Sequence record: MT701590.1
From: Klebsiella phage Miami
Length of the DNA stretch: 64,000 nt
Direction: 5' to 3' (one strand)
The notes below the pieces were generated by a model. The model saw only the letters and a list, made by a program, of their open reading frames with translations. It was not told where the DNA came from and searched no databases. Positions 47,111 through 57,069 of the stretch are shown one piece after another. Position 1 is the first letter of the stretch. Every line of letters starts with the position of its first letter. The translations under genes were made by a program, and so were the position numbers.

Positions 47111-47628
47111 TCATTAGTCTTATTATCGCATTGGACGAAAATAACGTTATTGGTCAAGATGATCATATTCCTTGGAATGAACCAGAGGATATGATGTGGT
47201 TTGTTAATAAAACCCGTCATAAAGCCATCGTAATGGGTCGTAAGACGTTTGATGGATTATCTAACCCATTACCAGATCGTTTGAATATCGTGCTCTCTAA
47301 GGACGGTAAAGATCGCCCTGGAGCCATTACGGCTAAAACACCATGGGATGTTCAGAAAGCGGCTATCGACTCAGGTTATAACGAATTGGTTATTTGTGGC
47401 GGCCCTGGGTTATACGACTACGCGCTGAATAACAATATTGTCGATAAGATTTACCTTACACGGGTTTTGAAAGAACACGAAGGTAACGTTAAATACGAAC
47501 ATCCTCTTTTGGAAGAACTCTTAGGCAGTGATAAAGTTGGTAATCTGTATGCCGATAAGTGGGTTCTGGATCAATTCGTCTCAGCACCGGGTTTGGTGTT
47601 CCGGACCTTAACCAAAGTAAGGAAATAA
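47107..47628 (+). CDS. frd: dihydrofolate reductase
   Basis: MIISLIIALDENNVIGQDDHIPW...IVMGRKTF...LPDRLNIVLS...ICGG matches the DHFR fold motifs (ISLIAA, MGRKT, GG). 173 aa. Confidence 0.85.
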   Translation: MIISLIIALDENNVIGQDDHIPWNEPEDMMWFVNKTRHKAIVMGRKTFDGLSNPLPDRLNIVLSKDGKDRPGAITAKTPWDVQKAAIDSGYNELVICGGPGLYDYALNNNIVDKIYLTRVLKEHEGNVKYEHPLLEELLGSDKVGNLYADKWVLDQFVSAPGLVFRTLTKVRK

Positions 47629-47629
47629 A

Positions 47630-48091
47630 ATGGGGCTGGTCATCAGAATAGGTAATGCGCGAATAAGACCTCAAGATCCGATGTTCCCGCATTACGAAAT
47701 GGATGTCGAGACGGAGGTTCTGGCAAGAGACGACAGTGCTCCGTTCACAGTTGGGATATGGTCGAGTAATGAGATTGAACCACGTTACTGCGATTGGATA
47801 TCCTTTTGTGGAGAGGTTGGTATATTCGAAGCATTTTTTTACATAGACCGTAATGGAGATCCTTGTGCTTACGGAGATCCGGGCGCCGTTTTCCTTTCTA
47901 ATGATATTTTGGATAGTTTTAAAGAAGCGTTAGAAACTTATCAAGCCAAATATCCCGATGTGGAAATAAAGGACGAACTGACGACCGATACAGTTAAAAC
48001 ATATCTTCATTATTTGAATTGGTTGATTTATTGGTCTGAAAGGGCTTTAAAAAACGAAGACATTCCGGCCATTGGGATTGGGGTTGAATAG
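47630..48091 (+). CDS. hypothetical protein
   Basis: 153-aa ORF 2 nt after frd. Confidence 0.5.
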   Translation: MGLVIRIGNARIRPQDPMFPHYEMDVETEVLARDDSAPFTVGIWSSNEIEPRYCDWISFCGEVGIFEAFFYIDRNGDPCAYGDPGAVFLSNDILDSFKEALETYQAKYPDVEIKDELTTDTVKTYLHYLNWLIYWSERALKNEDIPAIGIGVE

Positions 48092-48100
48092 GGGTAAGAT

Positions 48101-48661
48101 ATGAAACAGAAATTTCATCAAGGCGATTTAGTTTTTATAAAAGAAGACCTCGGCCCATACATGTCCCATTTCGAAAGTGGGTGTCTGGCCATCGTTCAAT
48201 ACAGTTACAATGATCGTTACGGCGACAAAGATAAATCAAAAGAGTTTAAAAATGAGTCTGGCATCAGCTATTCTCTTTGGTTGGAAGGGAGGGGAAGTGT
48301 TGCTTGGTATCATCAGAACCAACTCATTCTCATTGAAGCGGGGAGAGGTGATCTCTTAGAACGGTGGGAAAAGGAAGAGGAAGAGAAAAAGGTTAGGGAA
48401 TCCGATCTGGATTATATCTTTTCCATTAAAGATCCAAATCAACTAGGCTATTACAGTCTGCAGGCCTTGGCTGACGTTATGGAACTGGGCTCGCTTTGGG
48501 GTTCAAGAGGAGAGGGCGTGGATTTGGTCCGTAATCAACACTGCATGCGTATTCTCTTTAGCCGATTCGTATCGTGTGAAAACCCAAAAGAAGAATTCCT
48601 GAAAGCCGTAGCCGAGTTTAAAGAGAAAGTTCGGTCTGACAAAATCGACACACAGATTTAA
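48101..48661 (+). CDS. hypothetical protein
   Basis: 186-aa ORF. Confidence 0.5.
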   Translation: MKQKFHQGDLVFIKEDLGPYMSHFESGCLAIVQYSYNDRYGDKDKSKEFKNESGISYSLWLEGRGSVAWYHQNQLILIEAGRGDLLERWEKEEEEKKVRESDLDYIFSIKDPNQLGYYSLQALADVMELGSLWGSRGEGVDLVRNQHCMRILFSRFVSCENPKEEFLKAVAEFKEKVRSDKIDTQI

Positions 48662-48716
48662 TCAGGTCTTTAATATCTCTTCGTAAATCCAATTACTAAT
48701 TTTAGGAAAAAATATC

Positions 48717-49151
48717 ATGAGTGACGAAATCGAAAAACCAGATTGCTTTTATATTGCTGAAGGTCATCTGTCAGGATGCAGTTCTACGTCTTTCGACAAA
48801 GAAGGGTTCTTAAGTAATACCGAGGTCGATGAAACGCTGATTGAAAGTCTGGTCGGCGGGTATCTCGAAATAGAAGATCACGAAGATGGGCTTAGTTATT
48901 TTGAGGCGTTGGTGACCGTCTCGGAAGAACGGATTGGATGTGGATTTAAAACCCATACGGTAAAACGTCACACGCTCCATATCGAAGCCGTCAATGACGA
49001 ATCAGACACCCTGAAATTCACCATCGACAACGTTGATACGAAAGACTTCGACGCGCTAATCGAACGTTACAACGGTGTGATCTCCGCCTTTGATGAGAAT
49101 CGTCAACACTCTCTGTACTCGGCCTTTGCAACTGCTTTACAATACTGCTAA
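48717..49151 (+). CDS. hypothetical acidic protein
   Basis: Preceded by TTTTAGGAAAAAATATCATG. 144 aa. Confidence 0.55.
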   Translation: MSDEIEKPDCFYIAEGHLSGCSSTSFDKEGFLSNTEVDETLIESLVGGYLEIEDHEDGLSYFEALVTVSEERIGCGFKTHTVKRHTLHIEAVNDESDTLKFTIDNVDTKDFDALIERYNGVISAFDENRQHSLYSAFATALQYC

Positions 49152-49178
49152 TTAACATCACTTTTAGGAATAAATATC

Positions 49179-49682
49179 ATGTCTGACATCAAACGTATCG
49201 CTGACCTTATGTACCAATCGGTTATTCAAAGAAACCCGGATATTCTGAAAGCCGGTCTTATCGTGCTGGCCACCGACCAAAAAGTAATGGTAAAATCATC
49301 GGTTTATTTTATCCCCAGACCGATCACCGCCGGGAAGGACGAAGTAGAAGGAGAAGTTGAAGAAGCGGCTAAGGAATTCGATTTCCACGTCTATCATCTC
49401 GATAAGGTTAAGGTTATTTTGGATGAAGGGCTTAAAATAAGAGCCGTGATCATCAGTGGCGGGAGTGATAATTTCCCTGGTTTCCAACAACAGCATCTCG
49501 GATATGGCCGGTTCCCTCAAATGGGGGAAATCCACCCTACTGACGTGTTCGAGGTTATTGGGTTTTCTGACGCCGGAATGTATCCAGGAAACGTTTTCGG
49601 TTTATACGATGCGCTTTGTAAAATTTACGATGGTAAGGCGGTTCCCGGGGGACGCCGGGCTGACCGACCAGTTCCTTTCTGA
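49179..49682 (+). CDS. hypothetical protein
   Basis: Preceded by TTTTAGGAATAAATATCATG. Confidence 0.55.
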   Translation: MSDIKRIADLMYQSVIQRNPDILKAGLIVLATDQKVMVKSSVYFIPRPITAGKDEVEGEVEEAAKEFDFHVYHLDKVKVILDEGLKIRAVIISGGSDNFPGFQQQHLGYGRFPQMGEIHPTDVFEVIGFSDAGMYPGNVFGLYDALCKIYDGKAVPGGRRADRPVPF

Positions 49683-49725
49683 TTGAACGAGAACATCGTG
49701 AAAACTACAATTATTAGGAATAAAA

Positions 49726-50091
49726 ATGATAGTAAGACTCGTAGTTAACCAACATTGTCGTCTAGGTTGGTGGTTTGAAAGAGAATATTTCTCCCACCTT
49801 AATCGTGATCTGAGAGACCTCGCCCCTAAGAATAGTGAGAAGTATTATTCTGGCGGGGAACATGGTGTTAACCTACTCACGGATGAAGGTGATGAGATCA
49901 GGGCGTGGTTAGAACTCGTCAAAGAAACTTATCCGGTTATTGAAGAAGAGATCGGTTTACTTCTTAAAGAAATCGGAAACAGTAAAGGTGGTTTTTACGA
50001 CATGCGTAAAATACTGCAGGATCGTAAACCCTCTTTACTTTGGCGGTGGTCTCCATTGAACAAGGACTTCTTACCCCCTTCTGTATTTTGA
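49726..50091 (+). CDS. hypothetical protein
   Basis: Preceded by TTAGGAATAAAAATG. Confidence 0.5.
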   Translation: MIVRLVVNQHCRLGWWFEREYFSHLNRDLRDLAPKNSEKYYSGGEHGVNLLTDEGDEIRAWLELVKETYPVIEEEIGLLLKEIGNSKGGFYDMRKILQDRKPSLLWRWSPLNKDFLPPSVF

Positions 50092-50176
50092 TCTGCAGTA
50101 ATACCCAGACAAGGATGTCGTCAACACAGCTTAGTGCTGTTTCGAGTCAACTAATTAAACTCAACGAGGAATAAAC

Positions 50177-51052
50177 ATGTTAAGAAATATTCACGAATGC
50201 ATCCGCGCTATCGATATTCATTCTGGTGTAGTGATGTCACTCAGACTCAACGCAGATGATCGAGTAGAACGTCTCACTGCGTCGATCATGATCTCAGATA
50301 GATACGATAACCGGTTCTTAATATTACCGGATGAAATTAGAACATTCACACAAACCATCCGTGAGTTTGTGCACGGAATTATACCAGGATTTAATCCTAA
50401 CGCACCTAAACTTCAATATGTCGTAGTAGAAAACCTGAAAGAAAAACGGGTCAACATTTCTTTTAAAGGAACGACGATAAAAGTGGGCGGGGATAGAGAC
50501 CCAAGAATCAATCTTACTGAGATTCTTGAAACAATATCACTCTGGCACCCTTTCATTCTCCAGTGGGAATCCACCGGGATAATAGATCACTCTGCCCTTG
50601 ATCTGCTAAACAGAATGCTGTTGCTTCATCGAGACTCCGGCAACTTCCTTAAAGTTCTAACTCGGCAAGGAAATATGTCCAATCCGTTGACGACCATTAC
50701 TGTAAGAGATGGTCGAGGATCTCGCAAGGAGCTGGTGATTTCTAACAGAACCCAATTCTCGATGATTATTTCTGGTACTGCCGGTAAAGACATCTTGGAG
50801 TTGATTATCGAAACGCTCCAATCTAAACCAATGTTAGGTAATCGGAAAGGTCACATCAAAGAGCTGGCAGGGAAGTACGTTTTTGTCTGCTCCTTGATAA
50901 AAGCCCCTCGTAAAGAAAACTTTGATCGACGCCAGCTCACGATTATGAGTGAAGCCGGGCCCTATCCTCAAGCGATCCGTTTAAATTTTGAAACAGAAGA
51001 AGAAAGAAATGAAATTCTTTCTGGGTTAGAACACGCCTTAACAATCGTTTAA
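50177..51052 (+). CDS. hypothetical protein
   Basis: 291-aa ORF followed by a repeat-family hairpin. Confidence 0.55.
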   Translation: MLRNIHECIRAIDIHSGVVMSLRLNADDRVERLTASIMISDRYDNRFLILPDEIRTFTQTIREFVHGIIPGFNPNAPKLQYVVVENLKEKRVNISFKGTTIKVGGDRDPRINLTEILETISLWHPFILQWESTGIIDHSALDLLNRMLLLHRDSGNFLKVLTRQGNMSNPLTTITVRDGRGSRKELVISNRTQFSMIISGTAGKDILELIIETLQSKPMLGNRKGHIKELAGKYVFVCSLIKAPRKENFDRRQLTIMSEAGPYPQAIRLNFETEEERNEILSGLEHALTIV

Positions 51053-51055
51053 CCT

Positions 51056-51088
51056 ATACTCCTACTCCCGATAAGGGAGTAGGAGTAT
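51056..51088 (+). repeat. repeat-family hairpin copy 3 (terminator-like)
   Basis: ATACTCCTACTCCC-GATAA-GGGAGTAGGAGTAT. The core is identical to copy 2. Confidence 0.6.
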
Positions 51089-51184
51089 AAACCTTATTAT
51101 TTTTTACTTGTATTTATTTATAGATCTTTATTATCAAAGCGTAAACTAAAACAACTGTTGACCTTATATGGTTGTTTTTTCCTA

Positions 51185-51216
51185 ACCGAGGAAATGGAAG
51201 TCCTCGGTCTTTTTTA
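51185..51216 (+). terminator. rho-independent terminator
   Basis: Stem ACCGAGGA/TCCTCGGT followed by CTTTTTT. Confidence 0.55.
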
Positions 51217-51247
51217 ATACGGAATGCAAATTTAGGAAACCCACATC

Positions 51248-51664
51248 ATGAAAAATATCTTTATCGCCCTCTCTCTGTTCGTTTTCTCTTTCTCTGCACT
51301 GGCTGAAGATTTTGTCTGTAAGACGGAAGCCTATGTCGCTGATCCGAAAGGAACTGATCCGGCCGTAATAACTCACGGTGTTTACAGTTTTGATTACAAT
51401 CGCTCTACCGATGTTTTAACCAAAATTGATGGTAAGAAAGATGACTTCGCAGTCCCTACCTTTGCAGTAGGTAAGGACGACAAAGGCATCACCGTCCGCG
51501 TGGGGTATAAAGGCAAAATGGTATATTGGTTTGGGTTTAACGGCCGTGCTATCGATTCCGTCATTCTGGCGGAACATAAAACCATGATAACCCGAGATTC
51601 TTTTAAAGGGGATACCATGGCGAAAACTGTTTATTTGAAAATGTACAGCGACTGTTCTTATTAA
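51248..51664 (+). CDS. secreted small protein (signal peptide)
   Basis: MKNIFIALSLFVFSFSALA-ED signal peptide. Preceded by TTTAGGAAACCCACATCATG. Confidence 0.55.
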   Translation: MKNIFIALSLFVFSFSALAEDFVCKTEAYVADPKGTDPAVITHGVYSFDYNRSTDVLTKIDGKKDDFAVPTFAVGKDDKGITVRVGYKGKMVYWFGFNGRAIDSVILAEHKTMITRDSFKGDTMAKTVYLKMYSDCSY

Positions 51665-51673
51665 GGGACGACG

Positions 51674-52369
51674 ATGAAAAGAAATGTGTTTGTCGAAATG
51701 CTCGACAACGGAGTGAGGATAAGAGCGCTTTCAGAAGATGGTAAATCCACACTGATCGACCACACGTTCACCACTCAATCGTTGTTGACTTCCGAACAGT
51801 TTCGACACCTAGTGGACATCGCAGAAGAGAATTGGGAGATCGAAAGCCAGTTTAGAAGGTCTGTTCAGCTGTCTGTCCACTGGGGGGTAGTTACCAAGGA
51901 AATTGTAGACGGGTTAACTGAATACATCGGCGATCGTAAAGTTGCTGAACTGGGTTGCGGGCACGGTTATCTTCTTTCTTGTTTAAAAGAAAAAGGAGTC
52001 GATATCCGAGGATACGACCTGGGGATCGAATCAGGAGAGGCCGAAGAATGGTTGGGGTCTAAACTCGTAACTGATAAAAAGCACCATTTGTTTGCTTCTT
52101 ATACTTCGGGTAATTATAACGAACTCTCGTTCGATTATTACGATATCATTCTCATGGTCTGGCCTCGTAATGCCGACCAAGCATTACTCAAAATGAAGCC
52201 TGGGCGGACGCTCATTCTCATCGGGGAATTGGACGGCTGCACCGGAGGTCCTCTTCAAGAGAGGATTTTGGATGAGCGTTTTGAAGTCATAGAAGAAAAT
52301 TTCTTAGGGGAGCATTTTATTCGTTGGCCTGGATTGTACGACAAGATTAACATTTATCGTAAAAACTGA
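51674..52369 (+). CDS. class I SAM-dependent methyltransferase
   Basis: Motif I VAELGCGHGY (GxGxG) followed by an acidic beta2 end (DIRGYDL). Confidence 0.55.
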   Translation: MKRNVFVEMLDNGVRIRALSEDGKSTLIDHTFTTQSLLTSEQFRHLVDIAEENWEIESQFRRSVQLSVHWGVVTKEIVDGLTEYIGDRKVAELGCGHGYLLSCLKEKGVDIRGYDLGIESGEAEEWLGSKLVTDKKHHLFASYTSGNYNELSFDYYDIILMVWPRNADQALLKMKPGRTLILIGELDGCTGGPLQERILDERFEVIEENFLGEHFIRWPGLYDKINIYRKN

Positions 52370-52396
52370 CATCAACTTTATTTAGGGAAACGTATC

Positions 52397-52852
52397 ATGT
52401 CATTACTGAAAAACATCGTTATTAAATCTTCTTCTATTTCCGCCATCTGCGGGATTCCGACTTATAAGGATAAACCTTGCGCTTACACCAACGTGGGGTT
52501 CAATCGCAAACTTTACGGCACTGGCGTGGATTACGTCCTTGATAATTCGGATGGGATCCTCAAACAAACTAATCTGGATGAAGCCAGTTCTGATCAGCCG
52601 ACTAAGCTTAACGGTGTTTTCATTATTAAACACATGACTGGGTTGGTTGACGGCAATTCCTGCGTAATCGGGGTTAAGGATGACGTTATCCTTTGCGTAG
52701 CGGATAGCAAGGGTCTTATTTGGACCCACCCCACCCATTCCACAATGACCATTCAGGATGAATGCCTCAAAGAGGTGATGACTCCGGATGGATTCGAGCA
52801 GTATAAGCTGGGGCGCAAACGTCGCTTCTCTGACGATCTGGCTTTCTTTTAA
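52397..52852 (+). CDS. hypothetical protein
   Basis: Preceded by TTTAGGGAAACGTATCATG. Confidence 0.5.
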   Translation: MSLLKNIVIKSSSISAICGIPTYKDKPCAYTNVGFNRKLYGTGVDYVLDNSDGILKQTNLDEASSDQPTKLNGVFIIKHMTGLVDGNSCVIGVKDDVILCVADSKGLIWTHPTHSTMTIQDECLKEVMTPDGFEQYKLGRKRRFSDDLAFF

Positions 52853-52864
52853 AGGAAACGAAAA

Positions 52865-53179
52865 ATGCACTCGCAACTCACGACCATTATCGACACGGTA
52901 GAACGGGTTAAAAACGATCGGTTTAATCCCGAGACCTTCATCACCAGTCGAAAAGTAAGCACCAACGATATGGTGTTTTCTTACAGTTATCTTTTGGGTA
53001 ATCTTTACATCAAAGGTGCGTTCGACGACGGCGAATTCGAAATCTTCAAAGATCACGCTACCTGGCAGGTTTGGATCTGGGGTGAAAAGAAACCTGATCG
53101 CTGTCAGTTCTCCTGTCCTGAACACGGGTACGATAAAGTAAAACACTTTATCGAAACCACTTTCCCAGAAACGAAATAA
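52865..53179 (+). CDS. hypothetical protein
   Basis: 104-aa ORF, RBS aaaggaaacgaaaa. Confidence 0.5.
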   Translation: MHSQLTTIIDTVERVKNDRFNPETFITSRKVSTNDMVFSYSYLLGNLYIKGAFDDGEFEIFKDHATWQVWIWGEKKPDRCQFSCPEHGYDKVKHFIETTFPETK

Positions 53180-53225
53180 CTTAATCGGGAGGAAACTCCC
53201 GATTGATAGATTAGGAAACCACGCC

Positions 53226-53690
53226 ATGTCCGATATTTTTGAAGCTAAGACTTATATCGAAATCGTTTCTTGTTCTGATGACGAGGTGATTCTTAGAGAT
53301 ACTCGCCATGACGGGATCTTGAAAATTAAATGCCTCGGTGATTTAAAAGGAACCGCCGTCTGTTCTGAAATCCAACATGCTTTTATTTACGGTAATCTGT
53401 TGCTGAGAATCAAAGGAGAGAATACTTTCTTCTGCAAAGAAGGGTTTGACCTATCAGGTAACGTTCAAATCCATAACGTTGTTCTTCTCGACCCTATTTT
53501 GGAAGATGCTTCTCTGATCGACGTTGAACTCCCTAATGCAGAGTTAAGCGTCCGTTTTGCTTCTCTTGAAAACGTTCCTTCTTATAAGCGACCAAAGAAA
53601 ATTACCTTGGCTTACGGGTTGTATGCAGGAAGCGATCTTTGTGGTTCTTCAGATATTAACCGTATTAACAGATCGAATGTAAGAGTCTAA
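53226..53690 (+). CDS. hypothetical protein
   Basis: Preceded by TTAGGAAACCACGCCATG. Confidence 0.5.
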   Translation: MSDIFEAKTYIEIVSCSDDEVILRDTRHDGILKIKCLGDLKGTAVCSEIQHAFIYGNLLLRIKGENTFFCKEGFDLSGNVQIHNVVLLDPILEDASLIDVELPNAELSVRFASLENVPSYKRPKKITLAYGLYAGSDLCGSSDINRINRSNVRV

Positions 53691-53715
53691 AATATTTATA
53701 TCACGGGAGATTAAA

Positions 53716-54108
53716 ATGGTTACTGTCGATTTAACAATGGGCTGTGTGACTCGTCTGGGTCTAATCATCAACAGAATCCAAAATTATCCGCGTCGTAAGG
53801 ACCTCAAAGATTTAGCTCCGCTATTTATCTTTGATGAAACCAATTGGTTTTATCCGCGTTGCGAAATAAAGTGGAATAACTCGGAAGCCTTAATCACCTG
53901 GTTGGGGTTGGTGGCTGACGAATTTCCCGAAGTCGGTGAAGAAGTCGAATTGATCGTTCGTGCGATCGAGGGTAAAACGTCCGGTCGGGTCAGTATTTTT
54001 GATTTACTCAATACCCCCACCCACCAACACCTTCTCCTGGTTTGGGATATCCATGAGAAGAAAACAACGGTTAAACATCCCGGCGGGGACCATCCCTATT
54101 CGAAATAA
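53716..54108 (+). CDS. hypothetical protein
   Basis: RBS gggagattaaa. Confidence 0.5.
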   Translation: MVTVDLTMGCVTRLGLIINRIQNYPRRKDLKDLAPLFIFDETNWFYPRCEIKWNNSEALITWLGLVADEFPEVGEEVELIVRAIEGKTSGRVSIFDLLNTPTHQHLLLVWDIHEKKTTVKHPGGDHPYSK

Positions 54109-54127
54109 CAAAATAAGGAGATGAGAA

Positions 54128-54460
54128 ATGGGCTTACCCTCTCGTTTCGCAGAAGAAATGTTTACCCCTATTACAGGGTATGCATTTTCAGAGAAAATAA
54201 ATCCCGGATATTTGGTCTCGTTGAAAGGGATTTCATACAAATCGGATATCTCGTTTTTAGAAAACCTCGGCGATATCGAGGAGTTCACTAAAGAGTTTAT
54301 CGATCAGGATTTCCAGTTCACGCTGGGGGTCGTCGTCGGAGTGACCGATTTGGAACTCATCGTAAAACTTCGGACAGGGGACCACGTTAAGATCTCTGAC
54401 ATAGGTGACGGAGAAATCGTCATTGCTCCGACAGTAAAAATCGCCGAGCGTTGGATATAA
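54128..54460 (+). CDS. hypothetical protein
   Basis: RBS aaggagatgagaa. Confidence 0.5.
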   Translation: MGLPSRFAEEMFTPITGYAFSEKINPGYLVSLKGISYKSDISFLENLGDIEEFTKEFIDQDFQFTLGVVVGVTDLELIVKLRTGDHVKISDIGDGEIVIAPTVKIAERWI

Positions 54461-54484
54461 GACAACCTTTTAGGAATTGACACC

Positions 54485-54862
54485 ATGTCTAAGTTATCAT
54501 CTTCAGCGGTAAATGATTTATTTTGTGACTGTTTGGCTGAATCAGAAGAAGATCCCGACGTAAAGGTCGTAGTGGGTATCGTAGGGGTCTTTATCTTCGA
54601 TCCCGCTAAACTTATTGAAAACAAAGAAAGTATCGTTTCTTTTCTCATGGAGCTTCCTGAGAAATTTCAGGAAGAGAAAGGAGGCGGGTGGAGTTTCCTC
54701 GAAGCTTGTATGGACAAAGAGGGAAACCACTGGGCAGAACATCCAACCATCGAACGGCTAATGGGTCTGGGGATCGCCATAGATAAAGTAGAATACGTTC
54801 TACCGCGCGAAATGTGGTCCGTCCTCCCAGGCGGAATGCCGTATTTTGTTATTAAGAAATAA
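54485..54862 (+). CDS. hypothetical protein
   Basis: Preceded by TTTTAGGAATTGACACCATG. Confidence 0.5.
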   Translation: MSKLSSSAVNDLFCDCLAESEEDPDVKVVVGIVGVFIFDPAKLIENKESIVSFLMELPEKFQEEKGGGWSFLEACMDKEGNHWAEHPTIERLMGLGIAIDKVEYVLPREMWSVLPGGMPYFVIKK

Positions 54863-54891
54863 CCAAACCTAACTTTTGAAAGGAACATCCA

Positions 54892-55350
54892 ATGAAAAGC
54901 ATCGTTTTAGTTTTACTCTCTTTCTTTTCCGCTTCCGTATTTGCTGGTGCAATGGGAATGGTCGATCCTCTGGACGTTGTAGGTGATCGTTGTGCCCCAG
55001 GTGATATCGTCTTTTACGGTCAAACTGAAAAAGGACATAAAGAAGTTCTCGTCTGCCGTTGGGACAATGATGTCTTTTACTCCTACGGTAAGATCGGTCA
55101 GAAACCCGAGCTGTATCTCAAAGTCAACGTTCGCGACGTAAGGGCTCAGGTTGAAGACACCGACAACACCAGCGGCGAACAAGTCATTATCAAAAATGGT
55201 AATGTGCTTTATTACGTTGGCGCGAAATCTTACTTCAACGAAGCCAAAGATGTAGGTTGGGTTAACGTTACCGATACCGATGGTAAAAAGATCGTTAACA
55301 TTCCACTGGTAGGCAGCGGAACCATAAGCGATATCCGTAACCAATTTTAA
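54892..55350 (+). CDS. secreted small protein (signal peptide)
   Basis: MKSIVLVLLSFFSASVFA-GA signal peptide. RBS aaaggaacatcca. Confidence 0.55.
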   Translation: MKSIVLVLLSFFSASVFAGAMGMVDPLDVVGDRCAPGDIVFYGQTEKGHKEVLVCRWDNDVFYSYGKIGQKPELYLKVNVRDVRAQVEDTDNTSGEQVIIKNGNVLYYVGAKSYFNEAKDVGWVNVTDTDGKKIVNIPLVGSGTISDIRNQF

Positions 55351-55364
55351 CTGAGAAGATTAAG

Positions 55365-55712
55365 ATGACGTATAAAGAGCTCAACGAACTACTCTCTACC
55401 AAAACACCGACCGAACAGTTTGTTTGGTTGGAAGCTGAAGTTAAACGCCTCGGTCTCGAGATCACCGATAAGCGCCACGCCGATTGGATGACTGAAGGAA
55501 AGCAAGATCCTTTCGGAGGACAGTATGACGGCGATGACCGCCCGCATCAGTCTCAACGTACCGACTATGTCGTAGGGAACGCGGTTTACCTGGCGGATCG
55601 GCACGACCTCAGTCTCATCGCTCAACAAACCGAAGCTAAAGAACGCATCCGCTGGCTATCCCGGCAGTTGTATAAACATCGATTAATCCAGGCCATCCTT
55701 TTAGCCGAATAA
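55365..55712 (+). CDS. hypothetical protein
   Basis: 115-aa ORF. Confidence 0.5.
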   Translation: MTYKELNELLSTKTPTEQFVWLEAEVKRLGLEITDKRHADWMTEGKQDPFGGQYDGDDRPHQSQRTDYVVGNAVYLADRHDLSLIAQQTEAKERIRWLSRQLYKHRLIQAILLAE

Positions 55713-55725
55713 CAAAGGTATCACC

Positions 55726-56079
55726 GTGAAAAACATTTTAGGTCTCATCATCCTGTTCTTTCTGGCAACAACCCCGGCCCGAGCCCACTTGTTTGGACCG
55801 GTGGACCAAGTCAACATCCGTGGTTACGAAACGACTCTGATCAACATGCGGTTAAAATCGGATCGTAACGACTACTACGCGTTTAGCGTCGGAGACGTCA
55901 CTAAGGTGGACAGTAAGGGCAATCCGGTTAAGATGTACGTGATGGCTGGCATGGAAGCCATTTTCCCGATGACCATCAGTAACAAGTACATTAAAAACGA
56001 CCACATCAAGATCTGTTCCTGGCCTCTTGATGCCCACTCGCAATTCACCGGAAAGGTATGCTTCGATGTTCGCGTATAA
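55726..56079 (+). CDS. secreted small protein (signal peptide, GTG start)
   Basis: MKNILGLIILFFLATTPARA-HL signal peptide. Confidence 0.5.
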   Translation: MKNILGLIILFFLATTPARAHLFGPVDQVNIRGYETTLINMRLKSDRNDYYAFSVGDVTKVDSKGNPVKMYVMAGMEAIFPMTISNKYIKNDHIKICSWPLDAHSQFTGKVCFDVRV

Positions 56080-56461
56080 AACACTCATCATCCTCATTGC
56101 AGCGTTTTTCACTAACCTGGCGTTAGCTGACGCACCCTACATGACTAACAACACCGCCTCGTCTTCTGAACGAGTACAGGTCGGTGATGTGAGTTGCGAT
56201 TCTTCTAAACCACAGTCGACTATTAATATAGGAGCTTACGGTAACAACGGCAATCGTTACAGTTACGAAGATTCTGATAAAGGCGGGTTCGTATCCATCT
56301 CCATCCCTATCGGGGAATCTGCCGTAAAGACGGATTGCTCGCGCCTCTATGACTTAGGCGTGAAGATGAAAGAAGTTGAATTAAAACAGCGTGAAATGGC
56401 TGTTGCTGCCGCCGAAGAAAACCTTCGGCTCCAACAGCAGCGAGCTTTAGATTTCAAATAA
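56066..56461 (+). CDS. secreted small protein (signal peptide)
   Basis: Start taken at ATG 56066 (RBS ggaaagg), giving MFAYKTLIILIAAFFTNLALA-DA. The track ORF starts 39 nt earlier, inside the upstream gene. The C-terminus has a coiled-coil-like stretch. Confidence 0.45.
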   Translation: MFAYKTLIILIAAFFTNLALADAPYMTNNTASSSERVQVGDVSCDSSKPQSTINIGAYGNNGNRYSYEDSDKGGFVSISIPIGESAVKTDCSRLYDLGVKMKEVELKQREMAVAAAEENLRLQQQRALDFK

Positions 56462-56506
56462 CCAACCTTAACGTTATACCAACCAACCCAACAGGAAAAT
56501 TCCTAA

Positions 56507-56998
56507 ATGAAAAAGATCATGATCGCTATTGCTCTTCTGTCTACCACAGCATTCGCCAACGCCGCTTCTGAGCAGGTATGGAACGCGTCTCTCACCAACA
56601 GCCAAATCACCTGCGGCATCGACTACACCGGCGGCACCCAGGTTGAAGGCGGTATTCTTACCGCTAACGAAAGCGGGACGAATACATCCAAAGCGATTTC
56701 CTTCACCCTGATCGCGAACACGCAAAACGTCAACTGGCAGATCACCGAAGCCAAACTGGTTCAAAACACCGGCCGGTTTGATTTCAGCGATAACCTGCTG
56801 AGTGTAAACGATAAGACCAAAACGTCGGTCTACATCAACGATCAGGAATACGCGTGGCCTGACGCCGCTCAAGCTAAAGCGTTGGCCAGCAATTCTCGCG
56901 TGATCAAACTGGCGCCGAAAATCAATCTGGAACAGTCGGTCTTCCCGATTGGCCAAACAAGGATCGCTGGGAAAATTGTGATTACGTGCACGCAGTAA
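56507..56998 (+). CDS. secreted protein (signal peptide)
   Basis: MKKIMIAIALLSTTAFANA-AS signal peptide. Followed by a strong terminator. Confidence 0.55.
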   Translation: MKKIMIAIALLSTTAFANAASEQVWNASLTNSQITCGIDYTGGTQVEGGILTANESGTNTSKAISFTLIANTQNVNWQITEAKLVQNTGRFDFSDNLLSVNDKTKTSVYINDQEYAWPDAAQAKALASNSRVIKLAPKINLEQSVFPIGQTRIAGKIVITCTQ

Positions 56999-57012
56999 AT
57001 TAGGTTTACTTA

Positions 57013-57055
57013 TTTTAACCTACCGACCGGTTGGTCGGTAGGTTAAAAACTTTTA
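57013..57055 (+). terminator. rho-independent terminator
   Basis: 16-bp stem TTTTAACCTACCGACC/GGTCGGTAGGTTAAAA with loop GGTT, followed by ACTTTT. Confidence 0.55.
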
Positions 57056-57069
57056 AGTAAGGATATGAA

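Noticed and set aside
52403-53227. 274-aa ORF on the minus strand spanning three + strand genes
   Set aside because: It runs antisense to + strand ORFs that carry the conserved TTAGG(G)AA-ATCATG start context and proper RBS. It has no RBS of its own and a Phe/Arg/Ile-rich composition typical of the reverse complement of real coding sequence. Every other gene in this 20-kb block is on the + strand.
56474-56956. 160-aa minus-strand ORF antisense to the secreted-protein gene 56507-56998
   Set aside because: The + strand frame has a clean signal peptide, an RBS and a terminator. The minus-strand frame is Arg/Gly-rich shadow sequence with no start context.
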